A stretch of DNA of 53,664 nucleotides from a virus (lineage: Duplodnaviria; Caudoviricetes), in IMG/VR virus record IMGVR_UViG_3300020043_005951, positions 1 to 53,664 of that record; one strand, written 5' to 3'. Positions within the stretch are counted from its first letter, which is position 1. The number at the start of each line of letters is the position of its first letter. The position numbers and the translations under genes were made by a program. This document shows positions 48,220-53,664 of the stretch, one piece after another. Below the pieces are notes generated by a model. The model was not told the DNA's origin. It made no database searches and worked only from the letters and a program-made list of their open reading frames with translations.

Positions 48220-49305
48220 TCATGCTATTTCCTTTGCGGTTGCATTACGTGGGACACCTTTGTCGGTTAAGCCGTAGTATTCAACTAAGGCTGCTTTTCC
48301 GATGTACAAGTGGGGATAGATGAGTAGCTTTTTGCGTTCTTCATGGTTGGTATTGAGACTGGCACGGAAAGCTTGTCCATTATAATCGCAGACAAGTACT
48401 CCCTCAGTCTTCTTTGTTCTTCCAGGTTCGGTGCTAATGATCTTACACCAATCGAGGTCGGATTCTTTGTATTTAAGAAGTCCGTAAGAACGGGTGTCGA
48501 TTTCATAACAAGAATCCAGGTTGCGGATGATCGTGCCTTCATAACCAGCAGCAACAAACTTAGCTTGGTAATTCAGTAGTTCTGATGACTTACCAATATA
48601 AGTCTGTACTGGCATGATTGGGAATGGGATTGGTTGATGGTTGAGAATGTATGGGTCTTTCTCATAAGCATCTTGTAGTTCCAAAACGATTTCAGCAAGT
48701 AGAGTACGACGTGATGAATACTTGACGTTTTCATCGACTAGATCGTATACATGGTATTCCATAAGAACAGAGTCATACGTCAATGTTTGTGCTCTCGACT
48801 TCATAATCTGTTGGAATCGCTTGTTGTCGCTGTACAGCTCCCCATCCAATACAATCTCTGGGGGAAGGGCGGCTAGGGCTTTCTTGATTTGTGGGAAGAC
48901 AGGCAGAGGACTATTGGTTCTGGTCCGCATCCTGTCAAAGGAGCCCAAACATCTGTATCCGTCCAGTTTGGGTTGGTAAGCAACCTTATCAGGAATCTTT
49001 GACATGTGTTCCTGTGCACGGTTGGCAAGCATCGGTAGAAGGGGTTTGGTGATGGGGATATGGGTAGTGTATCCGCGTCTGTCTTTCTGTTTAGCGATTC
49101 GACGGTCAGCTTGGACGACTGCGTCATCAATGGAGTCACAGGTAATGGTTTCAAATGTCTTTGATGCGTTGGTTTCTCCATGACGGATGATTACCTTGTT
49201 TAATTCAGTCCAGATACACCATTCACGAATCTTGTTGCGTGAATCCATCTTGTACAGAAGCGTTTGAGGAGTAGAAGTCGTAGTAAACGAAGGTGTTGTA
49301 GACAT
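48220..49305 (-). CDS. ATP-dependent DNA ligase
   Basis: PMLA, QPKLDGYRC (KxDG), LDGELY, YDL, GYEG.I.R, LLKYK. Confidence 0.93.
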   Translation of the reverse strand: MSTTPSFTTTSTPQTLLYKMDSRNKIREWCIWTELNKVIIRHGETNASKTFETITCDSIDDAVVQADRRIAKQKDRRGYTTHIPITKPLLPMLANRAQEHMSKIPDKVAYQPKLDGYRCLGSFDRMRTRTNSPLPVFPQIKKALAALPPEIVLDGELYSDNKRFQQIMKSRAQTLTYDSVLMEYHVYDLVDENVKYSSRRTLLAEIVLELQDAYEKDPYILNHQPIPFPIMPVQTYIGKSSELLNYQAKFVAAGYEGTIIRNLDSCYEIDTRSYGLLKYKESDLDWCKIISTEPGRTKKTEGVLVCDYNGQAFRASLNTNHEERKKLLIYPHLYIGKAALVEYYGLTDKGVPRNATAKEIA

Positions 49306-49504
49306 GGTTTTCCTTAGGAGTTGAGAAATGGGTTAGGAGAAGCGGAGTAGTTTCATTTGCGACGGTCTCTGAATCTTTCAAACGGATCTTTTTCGTATCT
49401 ACATTCGATTAGCTGTAGGAAAGGATAAGCTATGTTTAAGCCTATTATGAATCCCATGAAACAGGTATTGGCACCAATGAGAAATCCCAAAATGTCAAGC
49501 GTTT

Positions 49505-49687
49505 TCATGGGTTTGCACCTACTTGTTCTTGTTGATCAGTTGAGAGGAGTTCGTAGCGGATGATTGGTATGTCGATTGGTGCTTCTATTCCAACTGAAAT
49601 ACGATCACCTTGGATTCGGAGTAGAGTGAGGACGACATTGTTCCCAATGACAATCTTTTCACTTTCCTTGCGTGTTAGACAGAGCAT
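49505..49687 (-). CDS. csrA: carbon storage regulator CsrA/RsmA
   Basis: MLCLTRKESEKIVIGNNVVLTLLRIQGDRISVGIEAPIDIPIIRYEL follows the CsrA consensus. Confidence 0.92.
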   Translation of the reverse strand: MLCLTRKESEKIVIGNNVVLTLLRIQGDRISVGIEAPIDIPIIRYELLSTDQQEQVGANP

Positions 49688-49691
49688 GGGT

Positions 49692-51152
49692 TTATCCTGC
49701 TGATACGTAGATTTTTTGGTGCTTGGAACGGGTTTCAGATACAAATTCCAAGTTGATTTCTTGTTCAACTTGTTCTTGGTTGTCTGGTTGTAATTGGACT
49801 GGAGGGTAGAGAATGTATACTCGTTCTGCTTCTAATCCTTTTGATTTATGAATGGTTGATAGAGCAACAGAACCAGGAGCGTCTTTGGTGAGTGAGTAGA
49901 GGTTGTTGAGCAATTGAGGGATTGTTCTGCAACCTTCTGATAGTTCGATGATGCAGTCTGATCGTTCCTTAACAAAAGAGCCTGCTTGAAAGCCTAATTT
50001 GGAAGCATTGTCCGAGTCTGCTGTTGCAATTGACAGTAATTGGGACAGTGTGGTTGCTCTAGTTTGTTTGATGTAGTCTGTTAGGACCACTTCAAGAGAA
50101 CGATCATTTGTACGTTGTAGCAGATGACAGGCAACACCCTGTTTCATCAATTTAATACCTACTCGAAGCAAAATATTGTTTAATCGAGCAATTAGGAGGT
50201 TTTCCTTTGGATTTCCAACATTTTCAGTGATATATGCACCTAAATCATTGATTTGGAGTGAAATATCAGGGATAGGTTGTGTTTTCTTTGCAACAATACG
50301 TGCTGGACGTATTGTGTTTGCATGTTCAACATGATTAGGTGGGCATCTAAAACATGTTTTTAAGGGTAAAGCAGGAGGACAAAGAGAGGAAAGCCGATCA
50401 AATGCTCGATAATCTGCACCAGCGAATCCGTTGATTGCTTGGTAGGGATCACCACAAAAGATCAAATGTTCGCATGATTTAAGCATTAAAAGCAATTTGA
50501 GGGGACTTAAATCCTGACATTCGTCTACATATCCGACAGTATAGGTAGGAGATTGGATAGATTGGACTGCTAACCAGTATTGATCTATCCATTCTACTGA
50601 TCCGTCTACTATCATCATCCGTTCCATCAGCTGCCGCATCGCCCCTGTATCTTCTGGGGGAGGAGCCTCGATGCCATACTTAGCTTGTACAAAGTCGAAG
50701 CTGGCTTCTGATGGGGTTAGTAGTTCTTCCTTTAGGTGTTTGACGTATCGTAGTGCTGTATAGTACACACGACGCCGTTTCCATTCCATATCCTCTAGAC
50801 GTTCACCAAGGACTGCTTCTAGTAGTTTCTCTCCACGTTTGTGATCTAGCTTTTGGAAGCGATGTCTACGTTGAAGAAGGGATGCTCCTAGTCCATTGTA
50901 GGTGAAGCATTTAGTATCAGAAGGGATTTTGGAAATCAAGTCTTGTTTACCAGCATCAGTCATACAAGCAAAAACGGCTTGAGCAGCGTGTATCTTTGGT
51001 ATACGCTGCCTAATGGTTTCCATAATTATGTATTGTTCAGGAGTTGGTTGGTAACCAGGTAGTTGACCTGACAATACATAATTGTGGGAATGGATGAGGG
51101 TGGTTGTCTTACCAGAACCAGGGCCGGCTTCAATTAGGGTTCTAGTTGTCAT
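49692..51152 (-). CDS. UvrD/Rep-like SF1 helicase
   Basis: AGPGSGKTT, VDECQDLS, GDPYQAINGF.GA, FRCP, STIHKSKGLE, V..TR. Confidence 0.92.
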   Translation of the reverse strand: MTTRTLIEAGPGSGKTTTLIHSHNYVLSGQLPGYQPTPEQYIIMETIRQRIPKIHAAQAVFACMTDAGKQDLISKIPSDTKCFTYNGLGASLLQRRHRFQKLDHKRGEKLLEAVLGERLEDMEWKRRRVYYTALRYVKHLKEELLTPSEASFDFVQAKYGIEAPPPEDTGAMRQLMERMMIVDGSVEWIDQYWLAVQSIQSPTYTVGYVDECQDLSPLKLLLMLKSCEHLIFCGDPYQAINGFAGADYRAFDRLSSLCPPALPLKTCFRCPPNHVEHANTIRPARIVAKKTQPIPDISLQINDLGAYITENVGNPKENLLIARLNNILLRVGIKLMKQGVACHLLQRTNDRSLEVVLTDYIKQTRATTLSQLLSIATADSDNASKLGFQAGSFVKERSDCIIELSEGCRTIPQLLNNLYSLTKDAPGSVALSTIHKSKGLEAERVYILYPPVQLQPDNQEQVEQEINLEFVSETRSKHQKIYVSAG

Positions 51153-51510
51153 TAATGGCTTTCATTACGTTGTCGCGGAATTGAAGCAGGTGGGTGATTG
51201 TGTCTCTGTCAGTTGAGCAGTAAGCAAGTCGAGTTTGAAGAGTGGAATGAAGAAGTCGGATTTGAGCAGGTAGCGTACTTTTGGTAAACAATTCAGCTCG
51301 TGCATCCTCAATGACTTTTTGTTGTAGCTCTCTAGGAATAGGCATTCCATGATCTTCTAGAAACTTGATTAAATACTCTTGAGGAATACGGCGATCTTGT
51401 GAACCTGGTATTACATAGCCTTTTAAACGTCCTGAGTCGAACCACTTACCAACTGTTCTAGGGGCTACATGAAGAAGTTTAGCTGCCTGTCCTGTTGTAT
51501 ACACTTGCAT
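51142..51510 (-). CDS. HTH_17 (excisionase-like) DNA-binding protein, Planctomycete regulator-like
   Basis: VYTTGQAAKLLHVAPRTVGKWFDSGRLKGYVIPGSQDRRIP..YLIKFL..HGMP. Confidence 0.85.
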   Translation of the reverse strand: MQVYTTGQAAKLLHVAPRTVGKWFDSGRLKGYVIPGSQDRRIPQEYLIKFLEDHGMPIPRELQQKVIEDARAELFTKSTLPAQIRLLHSTLQTRLAYCSTDRDTITHLLQFRDNVMKAINDN

Positions 51511-51718
51511 CTTCGATTTCCTTAAAGAATTGTGAGGGTGTTAGATTGAGTGCCGTAATCAGTTTGAGCAAGGTTTCTAAGTTGGGTGCATTGAGTTTTG
51601 TTTCAATGTATCCAACTGTGGTGTAATGTATCCCTGCTCGTTTTGCCAATTCCCTTTGTGAGTAGCCGGAAGCGTATCGTTGGTGTATGAGTTCATTGAC
51701 TACTTGGTCAGGGGTCAT
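51479..51718 (-). CDS. XRE-family HTH regulator
   Basis: R...GYSQRELAKRAGIHYTTVGYIE....PNLETLLKL..AL. Confidence 0.9.
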   Translation of the reverse strand: MTPDQVVNELIHQRYASGYSQRELAKRAGIHYTTVGYIETKLNAPNLETLLKLITALNLTPSQFFKEIEDASVYNRTGS

Positions 51719-52083
51719 TAGAGAACTTTCGGGACAAAGTAGATGGTTTGGGAAGTAACAGGAGTCAAGTCGATTGCGTCCTTTCTGATTACTGGGAAGA
51801 CGCCTCCGTTTTTAATCCATTCGTTGAGGGCGTCTAAGGCTTCCAAGGTTTGAAGTCGTTCTCCATCATGGATTGCTTCGAGTAGGTTTCGTAGTGCTTC
51901 TTGTGGGTCCATAATGGGTAAATTGTAGAACCTTTCGTCATCGTGTGAGAGGAAAATGTCAGTTTGTTTGTTGTACCAAGATTTTTCAATGGTGTCGTAT
52001 ACGTAAACGTCAGAGAATGGATGTGATTTGGGAAGGTGAATATCCGTTCTGTCTGAGAGGATAAATGCTTTGGGTTTATTCAT
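51718..52083 (-). CDS. hypothetical protein
   Basis: ORF with start taken at MNKPKAF, overlapping the upstream stop. Confidence 0.5.
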   Translation of the reverse strand: MNKPKAFILSDRTDIHLPKSHPFSDVYVYDTIEKSWYNKQTDIFLSHDDERFYNLPIMDPQEALRNLLEAIHDGERLQTLEALDALNEWIKNGGVFPVIRKDAIDLTPVTSQTIYFVPKVL

Positions 52084-52397
52084 GGTAGTTTCACCCAGAA
52101 CAATTGGCCGTGGCTGATGTAGTAGGAATAGATGGTGCCAGTCTTTTTGAGCTGTGCCCGCTTCCATGCCCACTGATTTCCTGGGAGGGAGAGAGGGTGG
52201 GCTAGGTTGGCTGTTGGTGGGATGGAGTTGAGAGTGAGTCTTGCTTGCTTAGTACGTTGTTGTTCTTCTTTTCTTGCCATCTTTATTTCCTTATCAATTT
52301 GTGAGAGTAATTTGTAAGATTCAGGAGAGATTTCGTTGGCATAGCCGTCTATTGTTGGATCATCATGAATTAGGTAGGTTGAAACTATGCGTACCAC
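52080..52397 (-). CDS. hypothetical protein
   Basis: 105-aa ORF with AAGGA RBS. Confidence 0.5.
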   Translation of the reverse strand: MVRIVSTYLIHDDPTIDGYANEISPESYKLLSQIDKEIKMARKEEQQRTKQARLTLNSIPPTANLAHPLSLPGNQWAWKRAQLKKTGTIYSYYISHGQLFWVKLP

Positions 52398-52429
52398 AAT
52401 TAGGTTTCCTTACTTTATTAGTTTGTTGG

Positions 52430-52630
52430 TTACATCCCCATGAAAGTGATTAGGATTTCTTCTGCACCGTAACAAGTTGGGTTTTCACAGACAGGACATT
52501 CATATTCATGGGCATCTGGTTCACATGAGTCGTGAGTCCAGTCACCACAATGAGTACACCAACCGGAGTAGTCGTCGTCTTGGATGTGGGCTTCTAAATC
52601 TTCGAATTGAGGGAGCTTTGGTTTGGGCAT
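52430..52630 (-). CDS. small Zn-ribbon protein
   Basis: GWCTHCG....CEPDA..YECPVC....YGAEE, a recurrent phage family, with AAGGA RBS. Confidence 0.7.
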   Translation of the reverse strand: MPKPKLPQFEDLEAHIQDDDYSGWCTHCGDWTHDSCEPDAHEYECPVCENPTCYGAEEILITFMGM

Positions 52631-52665
52631 GACTGGGTTTCCTTAATAGACAAAAGGGAAATGGG

Positions 52666-52869
52666 TTATACAGCGGGATTGATTTCAAATTCACCATCAA
52701 TAGTTGGGAGCACTTTAGTAAGTTCTAGCAAGTCAGGGTTGAGCTTTTGACAAGTTAGGATAACTGCACTAAATGCTTGTCGTGCTTCAGTAGGGTCAGC
52801 AGCACCATTTACTACAACTGTCCATTTGCAGGATTCTTCACAGTAGTTGAAGATTACTTGAATAGGCAT
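52666..52869 (-). CDS. hypothetical protein
   Basis: Start at MPIQVIF after TAAGGAAAACCCAGTC, nearly the same leader as at 52631-52645. Confidence 0.55.
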   Translation of the reverse strand: MPIQVIFNYCEESCKWTVVVNGAADPTEARQAFSAVILTCQKLNPDLLELTKVLPTIDGEFEINPAV

Positions 52870-52882
52870 GACTGGGTTTTCC

Positions 52883-53221
52883 TTAGTTGATGAATTGGAT
52901 TTCAAACCCGTGTGGCAGCAGCATTGCGGCAAGCCGCCTTTCACTTTCTGGGGAGTGAGGGAGCTGCATGATATCACAAGCTAGATCGGTTTGGACTGAT
53001 TTGCTACGTATTAGACGAGTGAATGGTGGTACAGCAAGATTGAGGTCGGATGCTAGTATGGGTTTCTTTACTTTGTCTGATTCGACTGCATGACCTAGGC
53101 CTTGAAGAATTTGACCAAGATAGTCGATGCGTTGAGTGGCTTGTCCGTTTACTTCTACCCAAGTGGAGAGGCAAGCAGGTCTAATTGGTAGGACTGATCG
53201 TTTAATGACAATGGTTTTCAT
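52883..53221 (-). CDS. hypothetical protein
   Basis: Start at MKTIVIK after TAAGGAAAACC. Confidence 0.55.
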   Translation of the reverse strand: MKTIVIKRSVLPIRPACLSTWVEVNGQATQRIDYLGQILQGLGHAVESDKVKKPILASDLNLAVPPFTRLIRSKSVQTDLACDIMQLPHSPESERRLAAMLLPHGFEIQFIN

Positions 53222-53407
53222 GGTTTTCCTTAATGAGTTGTGAGAGAAATTAAGTAGCCCATTCATTTATTAAATAGGCTACTTTTATTTGTGGGCTGTT
53301 TTTGGTCACATGATAAAATTCCTTTACTTGCTAGTTGGGTTGTCTCATTTTGAGACGAGGCGGCCGTTGATAGCCATTGTCAACGATCGGATTTTGGGCG
53401 TACTCCT

Positions 53408-53435
53408 ATTATACACTGTATCGACTAGTTGTCAA
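53408..53435 (-). promoter_or_regulatory. sigma70 promoter for early/middle operon
   Basis: TTGACA (53435-53430), 16-nt spacer, TATAAT (53413-53408), with AT-rich upstream sequence. Confidence 0.7.
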
Positions 53436-53556
53436 TAGCAAATTTAGATTATTTTTAAAATAATTGACTGTCATTTTGGCAGCCAGTATGTTGGAAAAAT
53501 ACCCCTATTTTTATTTTTAGGAAAATACTCTTATTTTTATTTTTAGGAAAGTGAAA

Positions 53557-53664
53557 AACAGCCAACCTAGCCCACCCTCTCTCCCTCCCAGGAAATCAGT
53601 GGGCATGGAAGCGGGCACAGCTCAAAAAGACTGGCACCATCTATTCCTACTACATCAGCCACGG
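53557..53664. repeat. 108-bp inverted copy of 52108-52215
   Basis: Reverse complement read base by base, running to the contig end. Confidence 0.92.

Larger units (their letters stand above)
1597..52961 (+). repeat. dispersed polar motif YYCTGGRRGGRAGGG (approximate consensus), 31 copies found by eye
   Basis: CTG at 1597, 2709, 3248, 4150, 6074, 8598, 9241, 9811, 11332, 12297, 15532, 17740, 19717, 22316, 23492, 24328, 27845, 29414, 30628, 33388, 34394, 35768, 37873, 41150, 43623, 45155, 47098, 48858, 50654, 52181, 52948. Confidence 0.88.

Noticed and set aside
1597-52961. Polar motif as plain KOPS (GGGNAGGG), Chi or Shine-Dalgarno
   Set aside because: Only some copies contain GGGNAGGG, while the invariant part is CTGG plus an upstream pyrimidine tract and C box. 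It is antisense to the genes, so it is not an RBS, and it does not match GCTGGTGG. A host-specific analogue is not formally excluded.
1-53664. Integrase, reverse transcriptase/DGR, or stop-codon reassignment
   Set aside because: No integrase or RT motifs were seen. Core genes are full length in the standard code and TAG/TGA/TAA all act as stops.

Overview
The window looks like most of the genome of a tailed, siphovirus-like dsDNA bacteriophage, with essentially every credible gene on the minus strand. In transcription order (high to low coordinates) it carries regulators (XRE HTH, a Planctomycete-type HTH_17, CsrA), then replication/repair genes (UvrD helicase, ATP-dependent ligase, family-4 UDG, PD-(D/E)XK nuclease, AAA_24, two nucleotide pyrophosphatases, family-A DNA polymerase, Zn-finger/TOPRIM primase-helicase). 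These are followed by terminase, a block of exported proteins with a papain-like peptidase, lambda-type portal, protease-capsid fusion, tail genes with tape measure, and a distal module of Cys-rich proteins, glycosyl/methyltransferases and an Erv1/Alr-like sulfhydryl oxidase. The host is probably a Planctomycete (inference). The most striking unexplained feature is a strand-polarised motif (C-rich/CCGCC ... TTTCTGGGGGGAGGG) that I found 31 times by eye, about every 1.7 kb and mostly inside genes. It appears to be coupled to a saw-tooth base-composition gradient, which fits hard-wired lagging-strand priming sites. Also notable are a tRNA-like RNA with an oversized anticodon arm and a 108-bp inverted duplication at the contig end. 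All product calls come from motif recognition, not database searches.
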